64,000 nucleotides of DNA, taken from the NCBI GenBank assembly GCA_965228855.1, contig CBDDIJ010000002.1, positions 512,001 to 576,000 of the forward strand. Direction: 5' to 3'. The translations under genes were made by a program, and so were the position numbers. Numbering within the stretch: the first letter of the stretch is position 1; each line of letters starts with the position of its first letter. Shown here one piece after another: positions 30,832-40,472 of the stretch. The notes beneath the pieces were generated by a model. It saw nothing but the letters and a program-made list of their open reading frames with translations, ran no database searches and was not told where the DNA came from. Origin of the DNA: Candidatus Obscuribacterales bacterium (GTDB lineage Bacteria; Cyanobacteriota; Vampirovibrionia; Obscuribacterales; Obscuribacteraceae).

Positions 30832-30883
30832 TGTCTACGAACGGATGACGGAATGCGAGAAAATCGGCATCCCCTGAGAGACA
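30832..30883. repeat. 52-bp dyad element, copy 3
   Basis: tgtcta-cgaacgga-tgacg-gaatgcgagaaaat-cggca-tcccctga-gagaca; CTACTATC at 30747, TATAGTAG at 30986. Confidence 0.85.
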
Positions 30884-31327
30884 AGCCGCCTTCTCAGGGC
30901 TAGACCCCGTTCGGCAAAATCTCTGCAGACCGAGCCGGGTCAACCTTCCTGACGATTCAGACGTGGCTCAAAGATTCTTATCCCGTATAGTAGCACGAGC
31001 AATACTAGCGCGAGCTGAGTCGTGCAGTAACAAAGCCGAAAAGGCTCACGGTTTCATATTGTATCTAGTTGTAAAGAGAATAGTTAATCAAACTTTTGAT
31101 GATTCAAAATATCCATTTCTGCTTGTCTAGATGTATCCACATCACTTCGATCTCTGAAGGCAACTTTCTCTCTAAAAACAGCGCCTCTAGCTCTAAATAG
31201 TTGCCTCTCTCTGAACGATTTGACCGTTGGTAGACAATCGCACGTTCGCACGTGGGGTTGTGTCGGTGGGTTCAATCCGCTGTGCGGGATGAATCCAGTG
31301 TCTTAGCTTTCGCATCAGGAGCGAATC

Positions 31328-31873
31328 ATGCAATTCTTCCGCATCAAAGTTGGCCAAGATAACGCACCGGTCATCGAGCCCTTCCTGGAATGGCTGCGTC
31401 TCGACGGCACGTCGTACATCTCGGTCGGCGGCTCCGGTCTGTCGTACATCTCGGTGGCACCGGAATTCCAAGCAGACGACCGCACCGGCCGCCTGCAGGT
31501 CGGCGACATTCGTCCCAACAGCCGCGGCGGTATCGAACTCTTCCCGCAGGGCATCATGCGCAACGGCGTGTTCATCCCGAGCAGCTCCGGCGCAGACGAC
31601 CGGGCTTTCGTGGTGCTCCCGTCCGGTGCCTACGACTTCCACGTCGACCGCGGTATCCACGCCGTTCCCCGGCGGGATCTGATGCAGGCTCTCAGCGTCG
31701 TTCTCAACCCCGGTGACGTCATCAAGGCTCTGCCGAAGGTGCGCACCATTCGCGAGATGGACGCCATCAAGCCGATGTATCTGCATTATCACGGCTTCTG
31801 CAAGCTGACGTTCTCGGCCGAGCAGCCCGCTGCTCTCACCGAGAACAGCAACGCCGAAGCCGCTCTCGCCTGA
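31328..31873 (+). CDS. Hypothetical protein
   Basis: 181-aa ORF, AGGAG RBS, strong C/G-ending codon bias. Confidence 0.75.
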   Translation: MQFFRIKVGQDNAPVIEPFLEWLRLDGTSYISVGGSGLSYISVAPEFQADDRTGRLQVGDIRPNSRGGIELFPQGIMRNGVFIPSSSGADDRAFVVLPSGAYDFHVDRGIHAVPRRDLMQALSVVLNPGDVIKALPKVRTIREMDAIKPMYLHYHGFCKLTFSAEQPAALTENSNAEAALA

Positions 31874-32057
31874 CGCGTAACGCTTAGCGCAGTCCGCGCC
31901 GATGAGGTTCATCGCAAGATGAGCTCGTCCCGCGGCTGCGCCACCGTCCGCGTTTTAACCGCGCATCGCACAAGCGATGTGTATCCCATCAACATGGTGC
32001 TCACGAAGCGAGCGTCAAGCTCGAGTCGTGCACTTCTTCTCACGAAGGAGACTAGCG

Positions 32058-32588
32058 ATGAACACGATCGCCAACGGCACCATCTCGCTGCGAGCTGCCC
32101 GTGAATGGTGCACTCGCGCGCATGGTAGCCAACTCTATGGAACCCTGCCCTACAACTACCATCTCGGCAAGACCGAGAACGTCGCTGTTCGGTTCGGTTT
32201 CGGCAAGGACACCGTCATCCGCATCTCGTGCTGGACGCACGACGTACCGGAAGACACCAAGAAGAAGCTCGAAGACCTTCTTCGCGCCGGCTTCCCCGGT
32301 CGCGTCGTTGAGATAACCTGGCGCGTCACCGACGAGCCCGGCGCCAATCGCAGCGACCGCAAGCGCAAGACCTATCCCAAGATTGCCGTCGATTGGAAGG
32401 CAGTCGTGGTGAAGCTCTGCGACCGGATCGCCAACGTCGAGCATTCCATCAACGATGCGAAGCGCATGCGCAAGAATCGTCGGGAATATCCGAAGTTTCG
32501 CGCGGCTCTCTTCAACGCGAACCACGACGCGCGAGTCCTCCGCATGTGGGCGCACCTCGACCAACTGATTCTGGGGAAAACTGCGTGA
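32058..32588 (+). CDS. HD-domain hydrolase, small alarmone hydrolase (Mesh1/SpoT-hydrolase)-like
   Basis: AHGSQ...PYNYHL, WTHDVPEDT, VKLCDRIANV; GAAGGAG RBS; no synthetase domain. Confidence 0.85.
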   Translation: MNTIANGTISLRAAREWCTRAHGSQLYGTLPYNYHLGKTENVAVRFGFGKDTVIRISCWTHDVPEDTKKKLEDLLRAGFPGRVVEITWRVTDEPGANRSDRKRKTYPKIAVDWKAVVVKLCDRIANVEHSINDAKRMRKNRREYPKFRAALFNANHDARVLRMWAHLDQLILGKTA

Positions 32589-32647
32589 ATTCAACAACTT
32601 CGCGTCCGGAGGATTGCGCAAGCGATGACTCCGACTGTTTAGACCTC

Positions 32648-32708
32648 GCTGGGAGATAGTTCTGCTGTTCGCCGAAACGCGAATAGCAGATTCTCTCCCA
32701 GCATTTTT
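32648..32708 (+). terminator. Intrinsic terminator after the HD gene
   Basis: Long hairpin gctgggaga...tctgctgttcgc-cgaaac-gcgaatagcaga...tctcccagc followed by attttt. Confidence 0.7.
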
Positions 32709-32829
32709 CGAACACGCTCTACTATACAGCTTCGTATTCGACACCAAGAGCACCAAGCAACGAAGAACCAAGCAGAACTGCAATCCCCGTAACCAAGGGG
32801 GAAGGATAGGCAATTCTGTAAGTTGGGTT

Positions 32830-32881
32830 TGGCTACGCTGCGTTGACGGAAATAGCGAAATTCGTCGCTCTCTCGTAGCCA
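32830..32881. repeat. 52-bp dyad element, copy 4
   Basis: tggcta-cgctgcgt-tgacg-gaaatagcgaaatt-cgtcg-ctctctcg-tagcca; CTACTATA at 32719, TATAGTAG at 32962 and 33067. Confidence 0.88.
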
Positions 32882-33074
32882 GACGAAGAGAGGTCAAGCT
32901 ATCTGGAGGCTGAGGACTCTGACTATACGGGCATTTTACGTGCTCACTGGAGACTGTCTTCTATAGTAGATAAGCCTCGGTAGCCAGACGAAGAGAGGTT
33001 AAGTTATCTGGAGGCCTAGGACCATGACTATACGGACATTTTACGCGTTCAACTGAGACTGTCTTCTATAGTAG
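32875..33074 (+). repeat. Imperfect tandem duplication, period 105 bp
   Basis: gtagccagacgaagagagg...gactatacgg...gagactgtcttctatagtag at 32875-32969 and again at 32980-33074. Confidence 0.9.
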
Positions 33075-33358
33075 CAGGGCCACGGACTTGAAAAAGGTTT
33101 GCTTGGTTTAGTAGGTTCTGGAATCGTTTTCTCTTCACACACACGATTTATCGAAAAAACAAATCAGGCGCCCCGACCGACAGTCACCGGAGAAGCTTCA
33201 CAGCTCCCGCGTTCGAACGACCTCGCCTGACTTTGACGATTTGCGCCGATACGGATGTTCCGCCTCGGTGATGCAAGCGCGTTTTCAAAACCGCTTGCGA
33301 CTTCCTAGCACCACCCGACTCGCACTGCGAGTTGCTCTCTTTTTTTGGGAGACCAAAG

Positions 33359-34135
33359 ATGGAACTCATTTTGCTCTGCCTGACCGCGCTCACGCTCGGT
33401 CTTCGACACGGGCTCGACTTCGACCACATCGCCGCTATGCTCGACATGGCGGGAACGACAGTAACCGATCCAAGCACCGGCAGTAAACACTTCAAGTTTC
33501 GAGAATTGATGCGCACGATGAAGCTACCGGCGCTCTATGTCTTCGGACACGGGCTCATGGTCGTTATCCTCGGCGTTGTCGCCCTCCTGTTCGGTACTGT
33601 CCTGCCCGATTGGATCGACACGTTGATGGAGCGAGTAGTCGGTGTAACGCTTCTCCTGCTGTCGCTCTATCTCATGTATTCACTTGTGCAGTTTTTCCGC
33701 AATGGGCAAGACCTGAAGTTGAAGAGCCGATGGATGGTGGTTTTCGAGTCGGTCGATCGGGGATGGCACTGGTTGGTTTCAAAACTGACCGGGCGAACAC
33801 ATGACCACAAACACGAGCTCAACTGGGACGCCAAAGGAGCTTTCCTGGTCGGTATGATTCACGGCATCGGGGCGGAAACCGGCACTCAGGTGTTGCTGTT
33901 TGCTTCGGTAGTCGGAACCGCGAACATCTTCTTCGGACTCGGCATGTTGAGCGCGTTCACGCTCGGCATGACGATTTCCACCCTGGCGATCGCAGCATGT
34001 GTTTCCGCGGGGTTGACGACATCGACGTATTTCAAGTCGATCGTGTTCATTCTCTGCTTGCTCGCAGCCATCTTCAGCTTCGTCGTCGGGCTCTACTTCA
34101 CGTTCGGCCTGTCGGTAATGCTTCCCTCCTTCTGA
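33359..34135 (+). CDS. NicO/HoxN-type nickel/cobalt transporter
   Basis: LGLRHGLDFDHIAA, GHGLMV, HDHKH and GMIHGIGAETGTQ motifs; multiple TM helices. Confidence 0.85.
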   Translation: MELILLCLTALTLGLRHGLDFDHIAAMLDMAGTTVTDPSTGSKHFKFRELMRTMKLPALYVFGHGLMVVILGVVALLFGTVLPDWIDTLMERVVGVTLLLLSLYLMYSLVQFFRNGQDLKLKSRWMVVFESVDRGWHWLVSKLTGRTHDHKHELNWDAKGAFLVGMIHGIGAETGTQVLLFASVVGTANIFFGLGMLSAFTLGMTISTLAIAACVSAGLTTSTYFKSIVFILCLLAAIFSFVVGLYFTFGLSVMLPSF

Positions 34136-34154
34136 ACCTCACCAGGAACTGCCT

Positions 34155-35417
34155 ATGGAAACGAACACGCGAGAACCGCTGCGCAAGCCCCCTGCGCGAG
34201 CCAGCAAACCGGCTCGCAGTTTTCTCTGGTTCATCTGCATCGCCTACGCTACGCAGGGAATCGCGCAGCACTTCTGCCTCATCGCCCAACCGCTCGATTA
34301 CTACATGCTGAAGCTTGGGAAAAACGCTGCAGACGTAGCAGCTGTTCTCTCAGTGCTGATGATTCCGTGGATGGTCAAACCTGTCTACGGTTTGGTGAGC
34401 GACTTTTTGCCGCTCTGGGCCTATCGGCGCAAATCGTATCTGGCTGTGGCTTATGGACTGGGAGCGCTCTTCTATGCCATCGCAGCGATGACCGGCTCGT
34501 TCAATCTGCTCATCGGAGCGCTCCTGCTAACAGCGACGGGCATGGCGATCGGCACGACAATCGTGAACGGTTTAACGCTCGAAGTCGGGCGTCCGACTTC
34601 GGAATACCGGTCATACCAGAGCATCCAGGCGGCGTGCTATTACACGGCGAACATTTGCTCGTTTTTGCTTGGCGGTCTGCTCTGCAGCACGTTGTTGCCG
34701 ACCGAGGCGTTGCAAACTGCCGCTTCGATTGCGGCCGTTCCCTGCGCGCTTACGGCAGTTGCTGCATGGAAGCTAATTCACGAGGACAAAACCGAACGCC
34801 AGAAGTTTTCCATCAGCACCGTATTCGGTATCATCCGCGAATTCAAAGTGCGCGGACTTCTGGTTGTGGCGACATTCCTCTGCTTCTGGAGCTTCAGTCC
34901 CGGCTTCGGCACTCCGCTGTACTTCTACGAGACCAAGGTCATCGGTTTCACTCAGATGTTCATCGGTCAACTGGGCGCCATCAACGCTTTCGGCATGTTC
35001 GCCGGTGCGATCGTTTTCAAATACGCGATGGATCGCAAGCTATCGCCCAGGGTTCAGACCGTGATTTCAGTGATTCTGGGCACGGTGAGCACTCTGGGCT
35101 ATCTCTGGCTCGCTGACGCCCAGACCGCAGTCGCGCTCGAATTTTTCCGCGGTGTTGCGAACATCATCGCTGTCCTGACGCTCTACGGATTGGCATCGGA
35201 TGTCAGTCCTCCGCGGCTGGAGAGCACGACAATTGCCGTTTTGATCGCAGCGTATAACATCGCCGAACAGCTCTCCAACGTGCTCGGAGCTCATTTGTAC
35301 ACCAACACCTTCAGCGAAGCATTCGCGCCGCTGATTTTGGCAAGTGCGCTGATGACGCTCGCTTGCCTGGTTTTCGTGCCATTCCTTCCCCAAAAGGATT
35401 TGCACCTAAAACCCTGA
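34155..35417 (+). CDS. MFS transporter, folate-biopterin (BT1) family-like
   Basis: IPWMVKPVYGLVSDFLPLWAYRRKSY BT1-type motif; about 12 TM helices. Confidence 0.85.
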   Translation: METNTREPLRKPPARASKPARSFLWFICIAYATQGIAQHFCLIAQPLDYYMLKLGKNAADVAAVLSVLMIPWMVKPVYGLVSDFLPLWAYRRKSYLAVAYGLGALFYAIAAMTGSFNLLIGALLLTATGMAIGTTIVNGLTLEVGRPTSEYRSYQSIQAACYYTANICSFLLGGLLCSTLLPTEALQTAASIAAVPCALTAVAAWKLIHEDKTERQKFSISTVFGIIREFKVRGLLVVATFLCFWSFSPGFGTPLYFYETKVIGFTQMFIGQLGAINAFGMFAGAIVFKYAMDRKLSPRVQTVISVILGTVSTLGYLWLADAQTAVALEFFRGVANIIAVLTLYGLASDVSPPRLESTTIAVLIAAYNIAEQLSNVLGAHLYTNTFSEAFAPLILASALMTLACLVFVPFLPQKDLHLKP

Positions 35418-35482
35418 ACGTTTGAAGGAGCGCTCAAGTCCACGGTTTCGCTTCTAGTGTCGAAACAAAATGCAACCACCCT

Positions 35483-35534
35483 AATCTCGAACCGCATCAG
35501 TTCCCAGACTTGATGCGGTTCGAGATTGTTTTTT
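35483..35534 (+). terminator. Intrinsic terminator after the BT1-like MFS gene
   Basis: Perfect 17-bp stem aatctcgaaccgcatca / tgatgcggttcgagatt followed by gtttttt. Confidence 0.75.
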
Positions 35535-35730
35535 CGCCGAGAACGATTGACTAATTTTTCTTTGCGCAGCTATGTGACATTCTATAGTAGCTATGCCTAA
35601 CAGCCCAAATCGGCGAGACAATCCCAAATCGATGGCAGCACGAGAGAAAAGTAGCAAGGAAAGTTTCATGTGAATGGAGACCGGTTTTGAACCGATCTCC
35701 ATTCCACGACGTAAGCGTTTCAATCAAACG

Positions 35731-36009
35731 CTAGCGGTAGTACCGACGCCAGTACTTGCCGTCATCTTCATCATCGGGCGCGGCAAGCGAGTCGCGGTCG
35801 AATCGGTCACCACTCGAATCCTGAACACGTTCGGTGCCAGGATCGCTTGCCTTCAGGACATCGCGCGCGGAAACCGACTGAGCAGACCGCGCAGCGAAAC
35901 GCGCGGTCTTAGCACGCGAGTGCATGCGCCGCTTCGCGAGTGAACGACGAACGGCAATGAACAACCCGACGATTACCGCCAGAATGAGAACAGCAATGAT
36001 CAACTTCAT
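35731..36009 (-). CDS. Small single-pass membrane protein
   Basis: MKLIIAVLILAVIVGLFIAVRR...; AGGAG RBS; hairpin at 35672-35704 downstream. Confidence 0.65.
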   Translation of the reverse strand: MKLIIAVLILAVIVGLFIAVRRSLAKRRMHSRAKTARFAARSAQSVSARDVLKASDPGTERVQDSSGDRFDRDSLAAPDDEDDGKYWRRYYR

Positions 36010-36047
36010 GTTGAGCACTCCTTTTGTTTGTTTACGGGAGACAGGCT

Positions 36048-37301
36048 CTAAGAGCCCGTCGCACAGCGCGCACGACCTGCCAGATACCATGCCGTCGTGA
36101 CAGCGCAAGCGACAGCGGCACCACAGATGGTAGCAGTCACTCCAACTTGTTCGACCAGGAAACCCAGAGTCGGACCTCCGATAGCGAACATGCCAAAGTA
36201 CGAGTACATCCAGAAAACGGTGGACACCACACCACGCATGCGATCTTCGGTCTTGCTCTGAACAACAGCATGGCTGCCGATCAGCAACATCGTCATGGAA
36301 AAGCCGGCGGGAACAACCAGAGCCATCGACAACGGCAAGTTGCGCGACATGGCGAAGAGAGCAATGAATGCGGCATAAACGAATCCTGCAAAGCCGACAT
36401 AGCGACTCAGTTCTGCACTGTTGCCTCGGCTTGCGGTCAGATAAGCCAGAAGAACCGACCCTACCATCGCGCCTATTTCAGACGCGGCGATCAGAAGTCC
36501 ATTCGTACGAGCTGTTCCATGGAGCAGATCCGTGAAGACCGGCATGAGCGGAACGTATACGCCGCAGAAGCTGAACACCGCGACGAGGATGAGCAGCCGG
36601 CGAATCTCTGGGTTTCCGTAAGTGAAACGAAAACCCTCCGACAAACTCGGCGCCGTCGATTGCGCTCTGGCACCTGGACGGATGAATTTGAGCGTGCAGA
36701 GTTCGAACAGATACGTAAGCGCATTGACTGCAAAACAGCCAGTTGCACCTACAACCGCAAGAAGAACCGCAGCTACAGCCGGTCCAGCAACCCGCCCGCT
36801 GTAGAACAGAAGGCTATCGAGCGCGAAACCGTTCATCACATCTTCGTTGCCGACCAGCTGCGGGATGATTGCAAACCGCGCTGGAATCTCGAATGCGACG
36901 ATCACTCCGAACACCGCAGACAATGCGTACAAATGCCAGACTTGCAGAATCCCGAGAGAGGACAATGCCAGCCAAGCCGTTGAGACGCACAGAGCGAGGA
37001 TCTGCGTGATCACGATAATCTTCTTGCGATCAAAACGATCAGCCGCCCAGCCGCCGGGAATGCCCATGATGAGCATCGGAAGCTGGTAGGCGAACAGAAT
37101 CGAACCGAGTACGAAAGATGACCCGGTCATCTGGTAAGCGACCCATGCCACCACAATCTCTTGCATCAGCGACCCAGTCAGCGACGCAAGCACTCCAAGC
37201 GCGTAGAGCCTGAAGTTTTTATGCTTGAGCGAACTGAAGGTGGTGCCGAAAAACCGAGAAAGCGATCCGGAGTCGCCCTGTTGAGGGCTTTCCATCTTCA
37301 T
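36048..37301 (-). CDS. MFS transporter (MFS_3/DUF894-like)
   Basis: FSSLKHKNFRLY, GGWAADRFDRKK, FEIPARFAIIPQLV, EDRMRGVV; about 12 TM helices. Confidence 0.88.
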   Translation of the reverse strand: MKMESPQQGDSGSLSRFFGTTFSSLKHKNFRLYALGVLASLTGSLMQEIVVAWVAYQMTGSSFVLGSILFAYQLPMLIMGIPGGWAADRFDRKKIIVITQILALCVSTAWLALSSLGILQVWHLYALSAVFGVIVAFEIPARFAIIPQLVGNEDVMNGFALDSLLFYSGRVAGPAVAAVLLAVVGATGCFAVNALTYLFELCTLKFIRPGARAQSTAPSLSEGFRFTYGNPEIRRLLILVAVFSFCGVYVPLMPVFTDLLHGTARTNGLLIAASEIGAMVGSVLLAYLTASRGNSAELSRYVGFAGFVYAAFIALFAMSRNLPLSMALVVPAGFSMTMLLIGSHAVVQSKTEDRMRGVVSTVFWMYSYFGMFAIGGPTLGFLVEQVGVTATICGAAVACAVTTAWYLAGRARCATGS

Positions 37302-37792
37302 GCTCCTTTTGAAAAAGTCGTCTGTCGTTCCGCTGAGAGCAGAGAGGCAGAAAATAGACTGACGAATATGGTTCTTTAAGTGTTGAGGCAGTAGATTGGG
37401 TTTCGGAACTGATTGTTAAACTTTAGGCTTTAAACTTCGCCTGGTAAAGAACTGGATGAAGGATGATGTTTCACTCTTTCTTTGAAAGGACCGACCGGAA
37501 CGGCAGCCCAAACGTCCGCTCAACAACCGTTTTCAGAATTTTCACAACTGAAAGCAGCGAGCGGCATGAGTTTTATTTTCAGCTGAGCATTCGCTGAACT
37601 CCTTAGCGAGGGTAGCGCAAACTGGCATCCGGTCGGATTGTTCTGCTTGCTGCAGGGACGAGGTCGTCCATGAGCACTCGAATTGCTTCATCCTGCTGTC
37701 GCCACCAGATGCAGTGCAAATACAATTCACGCTCGCCACCATATGCAGTAGCACAGAAAGTTCGTGTCTTGCTGCTGGTTCGATTGTTATGA

Positions 37793-38236
37793 CTACTTAT
37801 TTTTGGGAGCTGCGCCCGTCGGGTGAGGAGGGAGAACCGCCATGTTCTTGATGTCGCAACCGGCGGCTGCGTCCATAACGGAGACAACATACTTCTGAAG
37901 CGCGTCTTCGTCGGAGTTCAGAATCAGCGGCATATCGACACCCGGATGAGCAGCGAGTTCCGCCTTCAAGACTTCCATAATCTTCGGTGTCTCCGCGGGA
38001 ACCGGCTTGTTGTTAATCGTGATGCTTCCGTCAGCCCCAACTTCGACGTTGATTTTCGGCGTGTCATCTTTCTTGGGAGGAGTCGTCGTCAATCCAGGCG
38101 GAGAGACCCGCAACACGGCCTGGTTAACAAGCGGGGCAATCAGAATCATGATTACCAGCAGCACTAAAAATACGTCTGTAAGCGGCGTTACGTTGATTTC
38201 GGTGAAGGTCTCGCCAGCCTTGCCACCCATAGCCAT
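37793..38236 (-). CDS. exbD: ExbD/TolR biopolymer transport protein
   Basis: EINVTPLTDVFLVLLVIMIL with the conserved TM Asp; VVSVMDAA; start taken at MAMGG after GGAGA. Confidence 0.88.
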   Translation of the reverse strand: MAMGGKAGETFTEINVTPLTDVFLVLLVIMILIAPLVNQAVLRVSPPGLTTTPPKKDDTPKINVEVGADGSITINNKPVPAETPKIMEVLKAELAAHPGVDMPLILNSDEDALQKYVVSVMDAAAGCDIKNMAVLPPHPTGAAPKNK

Positions 38237-38783
38237 AGGCTGAATTCTCCCTGGGGGTTGTCTACGGCTAATATTAACGCGCCCGGGCAATGATTGCCAT
38301 ATGAATAACCCTGAGATTGACTATAAAAATACAAAGCCGTTCGCAAACCTGGTCGCAAGGTAAGCCCGCGTTGTGAACTGAAAGTCGCCGGTATTTCAGC
38401 TGCGCTAGGTTTCCGATTGTTATTGGCTGTTTAAACGGCAATCGACCATGGCAAGACCGATTTCACACTTTACAACCACGGATTCGGACGGTTTATCGCG
38501 TCATTGTTAGTCAGATCTAAACACTCGGTTATGACCTCAAGCTGAGATCTCCTTGAGACGCAAGACTCCGAGATCTTAGTCTTAATTGCATAACTGTTTT
38601 ACAAACCAGAAATGGTGTTCTCCGGCTCATAACTTTCCAGGATTCGGAAACGAAAAAATTCTTCTTGGTCGCGCAAGTGATTCGTAGAAGTCCTGCTTGA
38701 GCCGATTTCAGCACGCCCAGTTGGTGCTGAAACTCTTAACTTCCACTCGTCAAAGAACGAGAGAAACCCCGGAGTCCGGTAAT

Positions 38784-40025
38784 ATGAAAAAAGAAATCAC
38801 CAACCGAATCGGCAAGCGTAAGATGCGCTCCCTGCCAAAGATTATGCTCCACGAGCACCTTGACTGCTCCCTCCGCCCGCGCACCATGCTCGAGCTGTGG
38901 GAGAAACGCGGCTTCGAAAACGCGAAGATCGCGTTCCCCGCGTCGGTGCTCGATACCTGGAAGCTCGCCGCAACGAAGTCCGGCGCCGAGAAGCGCCGCC
39001 TTCGCATGCAAGCTGCCCAGGAGTATCAGAAGTTTCTCGTCGGCTTCGCCAGCTTGTCGCTCGCGAACTACGTCCAGGCTATCGTCGACCACGTTCTGCC
39101 GCTCATGCAGGCGTCGTCGAACCTGACCCGCATCACGAGCGAGCGCATCGACGATGCCATCGCTGACGGTATCGCGGGTATGGAATTGCGATTCGCACCG
39201 CAGCTCCACACCTGGGAAGGGCTCTCCCTCGACGAAGTCATGGAGTCGGTCATCGCCGCAACCAAGACGGCGCCGTTCCCGCTCAAGCTCATCCTCTGCG
39301 CGCTGCGTCACGAAGACGGCACCATGGCGCGCAAGCTGGCTGACCTCTGCGTCAAGTATCAGCGCCACGTCGGCGTTTTCGACCTTGCCGCCGACGAGAA
39401 GGCCAATCCCGGTCTCCTGAAGTGGTGGCTCCAGGCGGCGCTCTACGCCAAGGCGCTGTACCCGAAGCTGCTCGTGACCATCCACCTGTGGGAAACCGAC
39501 GAGCCGAACGACCAGGACATCGCCCTCCTCAACGGGTTTGACCAGATGCTCGTCGAGCTGACCCGTCAGCTCTCGGCATCCGGACAGACTCGCGTTCCAG
39601 ACGACGTCTGGGAGGCTGCGGGCAAGGTCGTCGAGACAATGCTTCCGACTCTCCTGACCGCCGTTCATACGGACGCGGGCAATGGTTCGCTGCGCATCGG
39701 ACACGGCTTCCGTGGAAACCGTCAGGGACAGCGCCTCATCGAGGTCTGCCCGACGTCCAACGTGGTCACCGGTCAGGTGGCTTCGATCGCCGCACACCCC
39801 GTCGACAAGCTCCACCGCGAAGGCAAGCGCGTCACCATCAACACCGATGGCACGCTCTTCACCGAAGTGCAGCTCACGGACGAGTACCGCAAGCTGCAGG
39901 AGGCGTTCGACTGGACACTCGATGACCTCCTCACGGTCAATCTGACCGCGCTGGAAGGCTCGTCGTTCAGCCAGAAGGACAAGTCCCGCCTGCGAGCCGC
40001 TCTCAAGCGCGCTTACAAGAGCTAA
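38784..40025 (+). CDS. Adenosine/adenine deaminase-family amidohydrolase (divergent)
   Basis: LHEHLDCS, ELRFAP, DLAADE, TIHLWE, RIGHG, EVCPTSN, INTDG. Confidence 0.88.
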   Translation: MKKEITNRIGKRKMRSLPKIMLHEHLDCSLRPRTMLELWEKRGFENAKIAFPASVLDTWKLAATKSGAEKRRLRMQAAQEYQKFLVGFASLSLANYVQAIVDHVLPLMQASSNLTRITSERIDDAIADGIAGMELRFAPQLHTWEGLSLDEVMESVIAATKTAPFPLKLILCALRHEDGTMARKLADLCVKYQRHVGVFDLAADEKANPGLLKWWLQAALYAKALYPKLLVTIHLWETDEPNDQDIALLNGFDQMLVELTRQLSASGQTRVPDDVWEAAGKVVETMLPTLLTAVHTDAGNGSLRIGHGFRGNRQGQRLIEVCPTSNVVTGQVASIAAHPVDKLHREGKRVTINTDGTLFTEVQLTDEYRKLQEAFDWTLDDLLTVNLTALEGSSFSQKDKSRLRAALKRAYKS

Positions 40026-40043
40026 CCTGTTTTAAGCTCGACC

Positions 40044-40078
40044 GTAAACGACTGACGCCCCGCGCGTTAGTCGTTTAC
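40044..40078 (+). terminator. Hairpin terminator after the deaminase gene
   Basis: gtaaacgactgacgc-cccgc-gcgttagtcgtttac. Confidence 0.65.
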
Positions 40079-40205
40079 CCTTCTAAATTTTGCTACTAAC
40101 ATATACAGTACAGGCCTACCTACTAAAACATACAGTAATTTTCAAATCCCTAAAGACAGTCAAGACATGGAAATACGGAAATGGCTGCCTAGAGACACCC
40201 CGGCT

Positions 40206-40257
40206 TGTCGCTCTCAGAATGCCGAATTTTGGGAATTCCGGCAACGCCTCATAGACA
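40206..40257. repeat. 52-bp dyad element, copy 5
   Basis: tgtcgc-tctcagaa-tgccg-aattttgggaattc-cggca-acgcctca-tagaca; CTACTAA variants at 40093 and 40120. Confidence 0.8.
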
Positions 40258-40285
40258 AGCAAGGTTGCGCGCCTATCCGGGTGAC

Positions 40286-40472
40286 GGGATTGACGGGGCT
40301 CGAGCTAGACCCGATCTGTCAATGGGACAGCGACGGAATTCGCTAGATCCGTCGCTCTGGGATTGACGGGACTCGAGCTAGACCCGGTCTGTCATTTAGA
40401 CAGCGACGGAATTCGCTAAATCCGTCGCTCTGGGATTGACGGGACTTGAGCTAGACGGGGCTTGAGCTAGAC
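40286..40472 (+). repeat. 73-bp tandem repeat (about 2.4 copies) containing 52-bp dyad copies 6 (40317-40368) and 7 (40390-40441)
   Basis: Unit starts at 40286, 40359 and 40432; core tgtcaa-tgggacag-cgacg-gaattcgctagatc-cgtcg-ctctggga-ttgacg. Confidence 0.9.

Noticed and set aside
33074..33359. Cobalamin or NiCo riboswitch upstream of the Ni/Co transporter
   Set aside because: I could not find B12-box or other conserved riboswitch elements by eye; an Infernal/Rfam search would be needed.
40286..40472. Possible mini-CRISPR
   Set aside because: The whole 73-bp unit is repeated, with no variable spacer and no cas genes.
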